Part shown: piece after piece, positions 1 through 13,839 of the stretch
Layout of the letters: every line of letters begins with the position of its first letter
Numbering within the stretch: the first letter of the stretch is position 1
Source of the DNA: Callorhinchus milii
Taxonomy: Eukaryota
Length of the DNA: 64,000 nt
Assembly (NCBI RefSeq): GCF_018977255.1
Contig: NW_024704743.1
Coordinates: 41,170,001-41,234,000 of the forward strand
Reading direction: 5' to 3'
Position numbers and translations under genes: made by a program
The notes under the pieces: generated by a model
The model's database searches: none
What the model saw: the letters and a program-made list of their open reading frames with translations, nothing else
What the model was told of the DNA's origin: nothing

Positions 1-460
1 CACTTGTGTAACATATTAAGAGATGAGGAGGAGCTGCAACTTCTTACTTTGGTGGGAAATAGGTTACATCAATGAGAGATCAGAGGCAAGCTCATTGAGT
101 GAGTCTTCATCGAGGGTCCCTATATTCCAAATAGTATGGGAATAATGCTCCCTATTTCCCATTTGAAGTCAATTGGGAAGACTGCTGTACGACTTGTGAT
201 TAACCCATTTTGCATTCTACAGCTCACTTCATAAATTACACATCCAGTACCTCCAACAATTGTTGTCCTTTAATATATGATCTCATATTGTATGAAATCC
301 CCCAAACAATAATGTAACTACATTATGCCATAGTAAGTAATAAAGGATCACAACCAAAACATATGACAGTGCAAAATAATTTTGTATGCCATGTATGTTG
401 TTAATGATTTAGATCAAGTCAGTGTTGACTTCATTTGAACCAGTTAACTACGTGCTCGCT

Positions 461-784
461 ATAATAATAATAATAATAATAATCCTTGCATTTGATTTAG
501 CGCTTTTCACGTCGGGAGGACGTCCCAAAGCGCTTCACAGAACACACTGTAAAGTGAATTGACTGTATATTTGTGTGCGAACGCGGCAGCCAATTGTGCA
601 CAGCAATGTCCCACAAACAGTCGTAGATTGAAAATGACCAATTTATTATTGTTTTTGGTTTTGGAGGGATTATTATTAGGCGTGTGGAGTAAGGAAACTT
701 GCCCAAGGTTTCGCCCTGCCTGGAATTGAACTCAGGTCTCTCGCTTGCAAAGCGAGTGCTCTAACCACTGAGCTACAGGACTCC
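461..784 (-). mobile_element. tRNA-derived SINE, full length, young (tRNA-Ala-like head, L2-type tail, (ATT)n)
   Basis: Minus strand starts GGAGTCCTGTAGCTCAGTGGTTAGAGCACTCGCTTTGCAAGCGAG with box A, a perfect CTCGC/GCGAG anticodon stem around TGC, and box B GTTCAATTCC. Ends GGGACGTCCTCCCGACGTGAAAAGCGC...(ATT)n. Nearly identical to 46822-47144. Confidence 0.92.
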
Positions 785-973
785 ACAATGTCCCTTATGA
801 TAACTCTGTTCTATGAGTACCACTGGAGGAAGTAGTGAAAAGGGTTCTGACGCAAAATATAATTACAGCACTTTTTGCTGGCTCTGAATACGTGTATAAA
901 ATACCTTGAGCTCCCTCTCATGGGAAGACTCAGTATTTCTATGGAAGTCTCTATTGGGGCTCTTTGATATTGT

Positions 974-1043
974 AGACAACAACAACAACAGCAACAATTT
1001 GCATTTATATAGTGCGCCTCACGCAGGGTAGCGTTCCAGAGCA
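974..1043 (-). mobile_element. L2 3'-tail-only insertion (~70 bp) with 11-bp TSD
   Basis: (CAA)n plus L2 terminal motif; TTTGATATTGT duplicated at 963-973 and 1044-1054. Confidence 0.75.
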
Positions 1044-2152
1044 TTTGATATTGTCGGATCATGACCCTGAGCCGGAAATCCTCTAATTTTCAGAATTAAC
1101 ATCTTTTCTATCCCATTGCTGCCTCAGTGATTTAGCTTTTACTGCAGCTGAACACGGTATTGTTACTGTTCTGGTAGCAGGAGATTTAATGAAGGCTCCC
1201 ACTTTTACCAAACTTGACAAATCCTTGTGCTATTTGAGAGTTGACTTATATCAGATACCGTCACATTTGAATAGCTTGTAACACAACTGCACTGACGTTC
1301 CCAATGTACAAGTCAATACATCTGATGAGATGGATTCCTCAGCAGGCCAGCGTACTCTACACATCAAGAAACAAAGCCTTGGAGAGAGCCTTAGCACTAG
1401 ACCACATTTTTTGAAGTGAAATATTGGAGTGCGTATCTTAAGTGAAGGCATTGCACAATAATCTTGTATATCAGGCACTTAATCTATGAGTCTATCACAT
1501 CAATAACATCATGGGCCAACACAAATCTCTTCAGCTAAATTTTATAGTATTAGGTCTTTTGTACTAGATAAATGCTCTATGCTGATGATGTATACAGATA
1601 GATAGTTCCAGGCATTACAACTTTTGTGCCGATGGCTATTTTGTCTGATTTGGTGCATTGTTGTTATTCTTGGTCTCCAGATATTCTGGGAGATGACTAC
1701 TGGTAGTGTATTGTAAGACCCTCAGAATTTATTATCTATAATAATCACTGGCAAGAAATACATTTGCTCATGCAAAGTGGCTGTCCTCCTAAGCAATCGC
1801 TTTGAAAATAATGTTTTCATTTATTCAGGAAAGGAGACAAGTGAAGAGTGAAGTATGTGATTTTCTTCACAACAATAACAAACACATGTAAAGTGACAAT
1901 GCATTTCAAACCAATACATCATCACATCACATGTATTCATTGAAAAGAGATGCACTAAACTAATCTTCATAACAATATTGCCTTTTTAATGCATGATATC
2001 AGTAATACAGTACTTTATTTAGCAAACTGACTTTCAGCAGCATATAGTGTACTCACATCGAAAATGTTGGTGAGTCCTGTACAACAACAACAAACAACAA
2101 GATTCCATTTATAGAGCGCCTTTGATGTGGGAGGACGTCCCAAGTGTTTTGG

Positions 2153-3030
2153 ATAGAGCAATCTCCTCGCAGGTGAGAGGACCCAAGTTTGATTCCCAAC
2201 GGGGCAAAATTAACACAGCCGAAACCCTTGTCCATGCCTTCGTCACTTCCAGGCTGCAATATTACAATGCCCTCCTCACTGGTCTCGCAAAAGCCACCAT
2301 ACACAAGATTCAATTAATCCCAAACTCTGCCGCCTGGATACTCACCTGCACAAAACTTCGTACCCCCATCACACCGGGCTCCACTGGCTCCAAATTACCT
2401 AACGGATCGATTTCAAGATCCTCTCACTCGTTTTCAAATCCCTTTATGCCCTGGCTTCTACCTACCTATCCTACCTACTTACCCCCATTCCACCAGCGCT
2501 CGGTTGGGTCTGGCGTCCTGTTTGTCCCACGTCTCTTAGGCTCCACCATTGTTGGACATGCCTTCAGCCACCACACCCTGAAACTCTGGTACTCTCTCCC
2601 TCAATCCCTCCACCTTGTCCCCTCCCTCCCCACCTTCAAATCCCGCCTAAAGACCTTCCTTTTTGATCGTGCTTACGGTCACATTCCCCTGTCAGATTCG
2701 CCAGTGTGAAGTGCTCCCGGATGCTACACCGCGTGAAGGGCACGATATAAATTTAAGTTGTTTTTGTTGAGGCAAGATTCCTTGCTCCACGTGCATCTGT
2801 TTACCTAGCAGTAAGTAGGAACTCAGTAGTTTGTCAATTGGCAGATCAGTTTCCATGATTCAAAATCCCTTTTCAAAAAAGAATCCACAACTGTTTGTGG
2901 GACACTGCTGTGTGCTGCTGCATTTCACCTACAAAATATACAATCAAATCACTTGACAGTATATTCTGGAAGAACTTTGAGATGTCTCAATGATGTGATA
3001 AGATGTTGCATCAATTGCAAGGATTATTTT
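2153..3030 (+). mobile_element. tRNA-derived SINE interrupted by an L2 insertion
   Basis: tRNA-like head at ~2153-2205; SINE body resumes at ~2769 (GGCAAGATTCCTTGCTCCAC...CAGTAAGTAGGAAC) and ends in the GCAAGGATTAT tail. Confidence 0.7.
2217..2768 (+). mobile_element. L2 LINE 3' fragment (ORF2 C-terminus and tail)
   Basis: Translates [20 protein letters not shown]...KLWYSLPQSL...FKSRLKTFLF, homologous to the 42.5-44.5 kb ORF2. Confidence 0.9.
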
Positions 3031-3289
3031 AATTATCAGATCTACAAGAAGTTGTCCAGCTTTGTCCATAAAGGAATGTTATTCCTCCTCCATCAATGAA
3101 ACTATGAGCATTTCCGCTGCTAAGATTGTCTTCTTGCCAATCTCGTAGCATAGCACTTCGATCCAATTTTTCACTTGTCCTTCAAATGACTGAATCTTTT
3201 GTAAATATGCATTTTATGATTCCATTGTATTTCTACACAATTTGCTTCCAGAACCCAGAGACCACCACCCCGCATCTCCCCTGCTGCCC

Positions 3290-3555
3290 CCCACACCACC
3301 CCCCCCCCCCCCCGCCCCGCCACTCGATCCACCTAGGTTGGGGCACTTAAGCCAATGCAAAGGACAGCATGCTGCTGAGCACCACCCTATCCTTGCCTTT
3401 GGCTACCCTCCTACCCTCCCTGTCCTTCACCCTCCTTTATCCCAACATCTCACTACCACCCCCCCACACACTTGGGTCCAAATCCCTGTCTTTCTCGCAC
3501 CTCCAGACATCCTCCTGACATGAAAGGCGCTATACAAATGTAATTTTCTATTGTA
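3290..3555 (+). mobile_element. L2 3' tail fragment
   Basis: Pyrimidine-rich 3' region followed by GACATCCTCCTGACATGAAAGGCGCTATACAAATGTAAT. Confidence 0.7.
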
Positions 3556-3877
3556 ATATCCACAGGAAGTCTGATTTGTATTTGACAACACGTGGCTTAC
3601 ATGTGTCTTTGTAAAGGATACCATTTTCTATTTGCCTTTATTGGCATGGATTGTGCAACTACTTATACAAATAAAACATTCCATCTCTAGCTTCCAATAT
3701 TACTTACTTGGAAACTATAATGGCACACCATCCTTTTAGTTTGGAGTGAATTAGATTATTGCTGAAAACCTGTGTATTGTGCCCTTACATCTGACAGCCA
3801 GAAAAGAACTCTCATTATTATTTTGGATGTTTGTCTTTAAATCCCACCGTAGTACACTTTTATACATGTTTTCACTT

Positions 3878-4300
3878 GTGTCAGCCTGATTCAATTGGTA
3901 GCTTTGTCGGCTATGAGTCAGAGGCTGCGGGTTGTAACTCCACGTCAGGACTGTATGGGACCCATACAGTCTAAGCTGACTTTCCAATGCAATGCTGGGG
4001 GGTGTTACATTGTGGGAAGCATCGTTCATCAGAGAAGATATTAAACTGAGATCTACCTGTCCAGGTTGGCATAAGTAGCGCTATTGAAAAAGAGAAGAGT
4101 TTCTCCTGGCCAACAATCCCCCAAATAAAATTGATCATATACTTCATGACTGTATGTGGGACATTGCTATGTACAAATTGGCTGCTGGATTGATTCATAA
4201 AACACAGTCACACCATTTTACAGTATATTCTGTGAAGCACTTTAGACGTCTCAATATTACAGGAAAATGATACATCAAATAAGGATTATTATTATTATTT
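3878..4300 (+). mobile_element. Deu-domain SINE (SacSINE1/AmnSINE1-like), old
   Basis: Head GTCAGCCTGATTCAATTGGTAGC...GAGTCAGAGG, Deu-like core (GATATTAAACTGAG...TTTCTCCTGGCCAACAATCCCC) and L2-type tail; paralogous to the 20.1, 36.2, 54.6, 57.4 and 59.8 kb copies. Confidence 0.75.
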
Positions 4301-4892
4301 GATTGTTATAAAAAGATGGGAATAAAGATAATACACATGATACCATCTAATCACCTTCATGGAATCAATAGATTTCTTGTTTTGTAAAAGTAAAAGGTCA
4401 GCACATCAATAAGTAAAGTCTAAAAATTGATTAAAGAAGCAAGGATTATGTGGCACCAAATTGTCTCATCTAATCAAGACATTACATTGTCTTTACATAA
4501 TTCTCTAACCCTTTAATCGATATTTGAGTTCAGGTATCACTGACCTTTAGTACAGCTATCGTGGTGCAGCCAATTTTGGAGAACAAAGGAAATGGGCACA
4601 TTAATCAAGTGACTTAACTGGAAATTGTTTCTTGTGTGAGAGCATTTGCAAATAACTAGCATTAATACATGGTATGGGAGGCAAATTAACCAAATTGCAG
4701 TATCCAGCATATTTCATTCCTTTTCAGGATAGAGTTGAAATACAAGAAGATATTTGTAAGAATATTAAAGCATTGTATTTTATGAGGTTTGTTTTGCTTT
4801 TATGAAATTTGAAATGCGCTAAATGATTTTATTTGGTGATATACGTGCTTTCTTTAATATAATTTTGATACAACTCACACTGACATTGATTG

Positions 4893-5210
4893 AATAATAA
4901 TAATAATCCTTGCATTTGATATAGCGCTTTTCACATCTTCTAGACGTCTCAAAGCACTTCACAGAATATGCTGTAAAGTGAATTCACCGTATATTTGTGG
5001 GCGAAATGCAGCAGCCAATTGCGTACAGCAGTGTCCCACAAACAGTCGTGGATTGAAAATTACCAATTTATTATTGTTTTTGGTTTTGGAGGGATTATTA
5101 TTAGGTGTGTGGAGTAAGGAAACTTGCCCAAGGTTTCGCCCTGCCTGGAATTGAACCCAGGTGATCTCGCTTACAAGGCGAGTGGTATAACCACTGAGCT
5201 ACAGGACTCC
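4893..5210 (-). mobile_element. tRNA-derived SINE, full length
   Basis: Same head, body and tail as 461-784, with the TAGAA-loop tail variant. Confidence 0.9.
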
Positions 5211-5469
5211 AGATACTCCATGAACAACAAATACAAGCAATTGATCATCTGGAACATACATAGAATGTAGACAGAGAAAGAGGGTATTAAACTGTCAATT
5301 TGATCGTTGATGGTCAATGGTTATAAAACTTCTACATATCAAGATAATTCTCAATAAACTCTTCGATGCAATAAAAGCGACCTTTGAACATTGAATCATA
5401 TGATCTGAATATGATCTTAATATGCTGTGTAACCACATTTGCTTTGCCTTCATTAAAATATCATTCATT

Positions 5470-6175
5470 TCTGCCAAGCTGCTGAGACTCTCATCAATAC
5501 CTTCATTACTTCTAAGCTAAACTATTCCAATGCCCTCCTTGCCAGACATCCCAGCTCTTCTCTAGAGACTATCCAAAACGGTGCAGGCCATGTTTTCTTC
5601 CACACCAAACTGTGCCAATCTATCAACCCCATTCCGGGTTCAGCTCCGCTGACGTAGCATCCCCCAGCAGATGAAATTCAAAATTCTCATCATCACCTTC
5701 AAATGATTCCATGGCCTCAACGCATCCAAACTTTGCGACCTCCTTCTACCAAATTTCTTGGCTGCTTCCCCTGCTCAGCTAATGGTGGCCTGTTTCACAT
5801 TTCCTGCCTTCTATACTCCAGCATTGATGTGTGAGCTTTCAGTCAGTCTTCCTCGATTCTCTGGAACTCCATGCCCCAGTCACTCATTGTTGACTTTTCT
5901 CCCCCACCTACAAAATGTGCTTGAAAACCCATCTCTTTGGCCATGCTTTCAAACACTTTTCCCCATCCCCATCAGATCATTCATGGAAAACTTGTCATTT
6001 CCTATTGAGAACTAACTCTGTACATTCCTCAAACAGATTTAATAATCATTTTTGAAAGATGGTATTTAGCCTATTATTTAATACCCCTTCCTTCCTCAGT
6101 TCAGTCAACTGTGTGAAGCATTTCAAAATATCCTCCTGATACAAAGGCATTATATAAATACAAATTGATGTTGCA
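5470..6175 (+). mobile_element. Degenerate L2 3' fragment
   Basis: GCTGAGACTCTCATCAATACCTTCATTACTTCTAAGCTAAACTATTCCAATGCC (AETLI..FITSKL.YSNA) through an L2-type tail at ~6110-6175. Confidence 0.8.
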
Positions 6176-8089
6176 ACTAATGATCTCAAATATACCATAG
6201 CAGCCAAACCTGTCTAAGCATGCAATATTAAACAAAACTATTTAGTAGTATTTCACCTCCCGGGAAATAATGATCCATGTAAGAGCATCCTAGCATTATA
6301 TTTTTCCTTGGGGAAGAAGCTTTTTAAAATTCTTTTCAAGATAAGGGATGTCGGCACTGATCAATGAAACATCCTTCACTAATTTTATTCAATGTTAGTT
6401 TCAAGTGTTACCAGATTTTAATAATAATCCTTGCAATTGATATCGCGCTTTTCATGTCTTCTAGGGGTGAAAAGCTTCTAGATTGTAGATTATGTGCAAT
6501 AATGCACCCTCTCTTCAACTCCAGCAACCTTCCTGGCCCCACTTCCTGTTCCAAGCTGACACATACTACAGTCCCCAGGCCTTGGCTCTTGCCAACCTAC
6601 ACCTAATGCTCTCTGGAATCATATAATCAGGGTGCTTTCCTCCAGGGAGACAACATATTGCATTCCAGACACAGGAAATCAACAATGTTTAGTGGCATAC
6701 ATATGTAGAGCTCATTGTCTGGTTTGGTTACTCTAAAACATGGTCACAGGTTTTTGCATGTGTCAGACATCCAGCTGACCAGAAAATATACATATCATAA
6801 GTACCCCAGTATAACATTCCAATTTCCACTCATTAAGTCTGTGATCTCTACAAAAAGAGGTGGCCCCACAATTGACAGACAATGAGCAACTGTGTGCTGT
6901 CAGTCAGAAAATCCTCATGAATTTCACATTGATCCTTCCACCTGATAGAGAAAACGTTCACCTCCGGTTTAGTAGGATAAGGACAGTCTAAGCATCATCC
7001 AAAAAATATCATCTGAGAAATTTTGAGAAAATGAATGGAAGATCTGAAGCATGAATATGCTGTCATTTTTGACATTAGTAAAATAATGTACATTTCTCTG
7101 GGATATGGAAATTACTTCTCTGACTCATATTGCTCTTAGGTTATGAGAACAGATCATTCATGGAAGACTTGTCACATCCCACAGGCAACTATCTTTATGT
7201 ACATTCCTCATACAAATTTAATTATCAAATTTGAAATATAGTAATTAACCCTTCACTTAATATCTATTTTCCACTTTCAATATCTAGAGGGGTGGAGGAT
7301 ATGAGGGGTGGGGAGGTGGGTAAGATGACTGAAGGAATGGTCAAAGAGGAAGATCTTGGATGGATCTTGAAGAAGACAAGTGAGGGAATGAGGCAGAGGG
7401 ATTCCAGGATAGAGTTCCAGAGGATGGGAGCAGTAAAAGTGCTGATGATGGGGCGGGCAGGATGGCGGTCATGGAACAGGCAAGTGCCTGCCGAGCACAG
7501 GGAGAGAATAGGTTAGTATGGTGTTAATAGGCCACAGAGATAGGGAGGAGAATGAACCAGCAAGCAGAAGGAAGGGCTTCAACTCCAACAAGTAGGAGGA
7601 AGCTTGCTGGAGTTTCAAAGAGAAAAGAAATAGAGGGGTTCCTATTTTTTCGATTTGCCTTAGTAAATTAACTAGCATTGGGGAAGGGGAGGGTGGTTAT
7701 GGTAATCTGCCTAGACAGACCTTTGGATTGGTACTGGGTGTACGGTGGTATCTCAAGTGGGCAGAACTTCAATGGAGGAGAGAGAATGAAGTGTGGAAAT
7801 GTGATGAGTTTCATGTTTCAAGAGCAAACTGAGACAGCAGCTTTGCCAAGCATTTTTGTGTATCTTGGGGATACATTAAAGGGAACAATGCAGTGGTGGG
7901 TGGAAGTTCTCTAGAGGAGTGTTTTGTTTATTGTTTTTATCCTAAACTATTGTTGTAACTCATAAAGATATGGTGTTTATGTGTGTGCAATGTGCACATG
8001 GTCAGGTCATGGGGAAAACTCAATTGGAACATGGGCAGTACCCCCGCAGTTCCCCTGGGGGCGGGAAGAGGAAGTGTTGACATTGAGTA

Positions 8090-8525
8090 GCAACAACAAA
8101 TTGCATTTGTACAGCGCCCCTCACATGGGTTAGGATCCCAGAGCACTTGAAAGTGTCAGAGCACGATTCCTGGCTAGAAGGAGTGGGAGAGACTGTAGGC
8201 ATGATTGAAAGGGAAGGTCTTCAGGTGTGACCTGAAATTGGGGAAAGGAAGGATGCAAGGTGAAGGGATAGAGGAAGAGTGTTCCAGAGTTTCAGGGCAT
8301 AGGGGCTGAAAGCTTGACCACCAATGGTGGAATGGAAGGCACGGGGGACATGCAGAAGGCCGGAGCCAAATGAACGGAGGAAGCAGGTTATGGGTTGGGG
8401 GTAAGCAGGTCGGAGCGTTAGGGAGGTACTAGTGCAAGAAGGGATTTGAAAATGAGTGTGAGGATCTTGAAATAGATTCATTTGGTGATGGGGAGCCAGT
8501 GGAGCTAGGCTAGAATTGGTGTAAT
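8090..8525 (-). mobile_element. L2 3' fragment
   Basis: Minus-strand translation [13 protein letters not shown]...IGGQAFS...LWNTLP; (CAA)n tail at ~8090. Confidence 0.85.
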
Positions 8526-9969
8526 AGAGTAAGCATTATATAAGGATCATGAATGCAAACCTGTTGACATATATTGCCATGGCTCACATAAATGAAATGT
8601 GTTTGCTTGGGTGAAGTACTGGAGGATGGTGAGAATCTAAAGAACCATGATCCAGCAGAAGAGGAGCAAAAGAAAACAAATTCCTTCAAGAGAGGAAGAA
8701 AGGAGGGAAGAAATTTTTTTGTGATTCTGTTTTATAAAAAGATCATCCTCAATCTATACTGCATAACTTTAGTTTTACTATAGCTTATCCAACTGAATTA
8801 CTTCCAGACTGATTAATTTGGTTTGCTTTTCTCATATAGTACATGCAGAGCTTTTGCTTATAACTGATTATAGCAATGGTATCTGATGTACGTCATTGGT
8901 AAGTTGCAGTTGAGCTTGAGAAATCTTATAAAATGACCATCTTATAAAGTCACCATCTTCAGATAAAAAGATCAGAATATTTATTAATTCACAGAATTCT
9001 TGCGACATAACCCAAAAATTGAAGAATCAGAATAGACTTAATTTTAGTGCACTAATCCTATTGCAGTCCTCAACGGGTTATTGCAAAAGGGAAAAATCTT
9101 GCAAATGTTATCAACTCTTTCTAATGTCATATAAACTGCACCATTATGTCAACTGATCTATTTCCAGTAGAAAATCTATAGCCCTGTAGCTTTAAAAATG
9201 CATTTGTACATTACAGTGATATATAAATACAGGTAGATAAACACATAGAAGATCTAACTATAATTCTGAACTCATTATTTGATTCAAGTTTTCCAGTCAC
9301 TTTCTCTTCAATCCCATTATAAGGGATTTCAAATACCTCAAAAAGGGTCAGCTACAGGGTTCAAAAATGGATTGGGAAGAATTGCTCTTGAGGGAGCTGG
9401 CAGACATGAGGGGCCCAAATGACCTTCTTCAGTGCCATAAATTTCTATGTCTATATGGTTCTAAATGGAAACAGAATAGGATAGAATGTAATATTCCATT
9501 ACCTGTTTTTGTTCTTGCATGTAAACATATTAAATGTAGGTCATTCACTGTTAAATTTCACTGAGACACATCAGCCCATTTTGCCAGCTAATCAATTTTG
9601 TGTAAAATGTGCATTTTTATTAGGTATTTTCCACAGAGTTCTTTTTTAAAGCTAGAATGAGTGACAACAAGGATTGCAGCACAAACATTTGCTAGTTGGC
9701 CAATTTTAGCTGGAGTTTAGAGAAATCCTGATCCAAGCATAATTCTGATCCAAGCATAGCATTTCTTGGCCAAATAGTTTCTGTGTTTAATAGGATTTAA
9801 CCAGATAACAGCTGAAATAAATCGATGTAAGTTTCCAAAGATGCATGTCAAGAAGCTGAAAAAGGGAACTGTTTTACACACAAAACATATGTTGATTTGC
9901 ACCATTATAATGTTTAAAAAGAAATGAGCATATTAAAAATTGCAACCTGATTCGTTGTACGGTTGCAAT

Positions 9970-10100
9970 ATGGCTGCCGCATTCGCCCACAAATATACAG
10001 TCAATTCACTTTACAGTGTGTTCTGTGAAGTGCTTTGGGACGTCCTCCTGACATGAAAAGCGCTATATCAAATGCAAGGATTATTATTATTATTATTATT
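9970..10100 (+). mobile_element. tRNA-SINE 3' part
   Basis: GGCTGCCGCATTCGCCCACAAATATACAGTC...GGGACGTCCTCCTGACATGAAAAGCGC...(ATT)n. Confidence 0.85.
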
Positions 10101-10228
10101 AAATATTGGAGCAGAAAAGGCTCCCTGGCTATCCCAGCACCTTGAGATGTTCTCCCAACCTAAAAGGTTGTATATGAATGTAATTTGTTCTTGTTATTAT
10201 GCCCTGATAAAAGGTAAATGTACACAAG

Positions 10229-10556
10229 AATAATCCTTGCGTTTGATATAGAATCTTGTCTATGAAATGTCTCAAAGCACTTCACAGAATATACCGTAAA
10301 GTGAATTCAACTGCATATTTTTTAGCCAATTGCACACAGGAGTGTAACACAAAGAGTCGTGGATAGAATGACTAAATTAGTTTTTTTTGTAAGGAATTTC
10401 CTCGGAAAAGCGATTCGCCAATCAACTAACAACCGGGTTTCTCCTTACTGCAAGTTAAACAGAGGCACATGGGGTACATTTTGCCCTGCCCAGGTATCAA
10501 ACCCAGGTCCTCTCGCTTGTGAGGCAAGTACTCTAACCAATATGCTGCAGGACTCC
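10229..10556 (-). mobile_element. tRNA-derived SINE, longer subfamily
   Basis: Head GGAGTCCTGCAGCATATTGGTTAGAG; extra internal block (CAGTAAG...CCCGGTTGTTAGTTGATTGGCGAATC) also seen at 13.6, 47.5, 54.3 and 61.8 kb. Confidence 0.8.
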
Positions 10557-11644
10557 ATATACCAGAAAGTAGCAATGTCCGTCCCTACCCCAGGCAGAAG
10601 AGCCTCCAGTTGTGTTTGTGGATAAGTGCCTATACGGCTGATGTGTGGCTGTGTAAAGGGTAAGACTACATCAGTCGATTTCTCGGGACCCAGTGATGGC
10701 ATGACTGGTGTTGGTGGTGGCTTTCAGTCTCCTACTACTTACTTGATAGATGGATTGTGTTTGGGGGGGTTGGGGGACTAAGTCTTTCTAGCCCTAGCTA
10801 CCCACCATCTATATATTTTTTAAAAATTAGGCGCCGTTTTCATAGAGGTGCTCTGGAATCATTTGCAAGGGCAATTTCCCTGGTTGCCAATCCTCCCTTG
10901 ACTGCTGGTTAGCTGGTATCCCACTGATCAGAAGTCTAATGCTGTGATGCATGAGTTCCAAAGGCACTTACCTTACTTAATCTCAAGGCGCGAAGTGGAA
11001 CAATTAAACAGTGTTGGAATGTGATAATTGGGATAAGTTCTTATCTCGTGTCACGATTTACACTTATGTAAGGCTGCACTTCCTTATCCAAGTCCATGTT
11101 TTTACCGATGCAGTCAAGATATGGCCAGGATTAGAAATGTTTTAGTGAGCTAGTTTTGTGGGAAAATCGAGAAATTCGTATCTGTGAGATAAACTAGATG
11201 GTAAGAATTGAAGGAAGGGTTAAACAAGCAAGTGGGTATAAATGTAACTGTGTAGCTGCTCCTCTTCAGAACAGACCTGGGAAGAAAAACAATACCACTT
11301 AAAAAAGAAAACTCCGGCAACTGTGCATTCTGTTCTCCTCTTTGGCAATTCTACCTTTCTGTATTATACTGCAGTAAAACGGTTGTAAAAGATACATTTT
11401 AACTGTCTGCATGAGCTTTATTTTCTCGGGGTTCCAAACCACATAAAGACTCACAATTTTACGAGTTAATAATTTGACTTAAATTAATTTCAATTAAATA
11501 TATTGACAATTTGAGTCAACACTATCCAACACCTTGGGATGTCCACCCAAAGTGAAAGGCGTTATACAAATACTATTTGTTGTTGTTGATGGTATGAATG
11601 GACAGCTACTGTATTGTTTAGATAAACTCCTATTCATAGAGAGC

Positions 11645-11800
11645 CATCACACCATCATATCATTCAAAGATCGAGAAGAGAGAATCACTGCATCACCACA
11701 GGCACAGTCACTACACCATCACATCAAACACCATGAGCTATCAGTCACTATACCATCACATCACTGAAACACTACAGGCTGACAGTCACTACAATCATCA
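11645..11800. repeat. Degenerate minisatellite (CAGTCACTACACCATCACATCA-containing unit, ~37-41 bp)
   Basis: Three or four imperfect tandem copies. Confidence 0.6.
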
Positions 11801-12724
11801 GGAATATTTAAGGTAACTTACAGAAAGCCATTCAGGGCAATAGAAAATTAATGCAATGAACAGATAGCCACTGGATCACCAAAAAAATCCAATATCATGA
11901 ACAAAAGTTATTAAACCTTCAGTGATAGGAAATTAAATCCTCTACAATATCTGGAAAATCAGTCTGATAGATGATCAATGAAACAAAATGTAAACAAAAA
12001 TTGATGAACGAAGTAAAATCATCATCAACTTCCAGACAAGCACTGTCTTATTGCTACCAGTAACAGAAACTGGTGACATTTGTGTTATATACGAACAGAA
12101 TATACATATTGCAGCAAAACAATGTCTCAATTTGATATGCATTGCTTTCTTACCAAATTATAGACCCTGGACCACAATCATAATAAGTTCAATTTGAATC
12201 ACCTGATAGCTCATTTCCAACTCTAGGTGGAATATGTTCCTTCTAATATTGCTAATTTTTTGTCCAATAAAAAAACATCAGAAAGCAGTCTATTACTTTT
12301 ATTTTTTGTGGAGTTTCTTAGTTCTTTAATCCATGAAAGCTATTAACCACAAAAATCCACATGAACTAGGTTCCAGCAAATTTCTTTATGTTTAATTTGC
12401 TGAAGGTGTATGGTTGTGTATTTAAATTATATCCAACTAATGTATCTACCTTTTAAAAAGTGAAACAAAACAGTTCCTGAAATAATAGTGTCTTGCAAAA
12501 ATCATTCAAGGGGTTTTTAAAGTTTCAGCTTCTACAATTGATTTATCAAATATAAATTGTTCTCAATTTTTAACTATTATGTTGTATGCAGTGCAGTGTT
12601 TGTAGTGTAGTCAATAACTAAATCAGTTTCAATCAATCACTTTGAAGGTTTCTTAATTTTTTAATGTTTATTATTCTTATATTTTCATGTCATGAAGTCC
12701 TCTTCACTTTACATCTAGCTCACG

Positions 12725-12980
12725 AAAAAAAGCCATGAAGAAAGCAAATGGAACCCTAGTGTCATAAGAAAGAGTACAGAATTCACAAACTGGGTTGAAC
12801 AAACATTGGTGAAAACACACTTGGAGTATTATGTTCAGTTTTGGTCACTTCAATTCATAAACTGAACTGGTTTAAACAAAAGCTTGGTGCTGTAAAGTGT
12901 GAACAGTGCCATATGCACTGGAAGGCTAAGATCAAATGGGCCGAATTGACAAATTTGTAAAACTTTCTGTGATTCTATCT
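12725..12980 (+). mobile_element. Degenerate CR1-type LINE fragment
   Basis: AAGAAAGCAAATGGAACCCTAG...CACACTTGGAGTATTATGTTCAGTTTTGGTCAC (KKAN..L; HLEY.VQFWS), then a GGGCCGAAT...TTTCTGTGATTCTAT tail. Confidence 0.7.
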
Positions 12981-13432
12981 CATGCCACATACCTTTGCAA
13001 TTTACATGAAAATACTTCCTGGTGTTTTGTTAAGATTATTTTCCACAACCTTGAACATGTGTTCTCTTGTCCCTGATGTCTTGTTGCATCAGATCTGGGA
13101 GCAGATCTGAGAATGTCTAAGCAGCAGAGTGTCAAATTCAGCCTGACCTGAAGTTAAAATGATGTGGCGATAAACAGGCACAAAGGTACGACTTCCACAT
13201 TTGATTATACTGTATGACAATGTATTTCAAATATGTCCATATTCCCACCAATATGTGAGCTGCTTACTGTCTGCTTGCTTTAAGAATCTCTTTTCACTTT
13301 TGAAATGCGTATCAACTGAAATTATATAATCATTTGAAAGGACATTTTATTCAACAACAAATATAGTTGGACACTTTATAGTTCACTACACTTTACTATA
13401 TATCCTGTGAAGTGCTTTGAGATGTCTTCCCG

Positions 13433-13722
13433 ATAATAATAATATAATAATAATAATGATCCTTGCATTTGATATAGCACTTTTCACGTATTCTTGACGT
13501 CTCAAAGCGCTTCACAGAATATACTGTAAAGTGAATTGACTGGATGTTTGTGGGTGAAACATGGCAGTCAATTGCGCACAGCAATGTCCCACCAACAGTC
13601 ATGGATTGAGTGACCAAATTATTGTTTTTTTTCTTGAGGGATTATTATCCCCAGAAAAGAGATCAGCCAATCGACTAATAACCAGGTTCCTACTTATTCC
13701 TGGGTAAACAGGCTATATGTGA
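13433..13722 (-). mobile_element. tRNA-SINE, 5'-truncated
   Basis: (TAA)n, then CCTTGCATTTGATATAGCAC and the SINE body. Confidence 0.85.
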
Positions 13723-13839
13723 AATTAAGCTATACCAAAATGCAACAGTTATGAATGCAAGGAATATTTATCTCAATTGTATTGTAGAATAGAATGGTTG
13801 TGTTGTGACACTATTATCCTTTTTATGGTGCACAAAGCG

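Noticed and set aside
712..784. tRNA-Ala(TGC) gene (also at 38.1 and 47.1 kb and elsewhere)
   Set aside because: Always attached to the same SINE body and tail and has an imperfect acceptor stem; it is a SINE head, not a tRNA gene.
1275..1420. TLHIKKQSLGESLS resembling the start of a PDZ domain
   Set aside because: No donor site or continuation; the frame hits a stop.
2122..2709. 195-aa ORF as a novel SINE-LINE chimeric gene
   Set aside because: It is an L2 fragment inserted into a SINE whose body resumes at ~2769; the ORF crosses frameshifts by chance.
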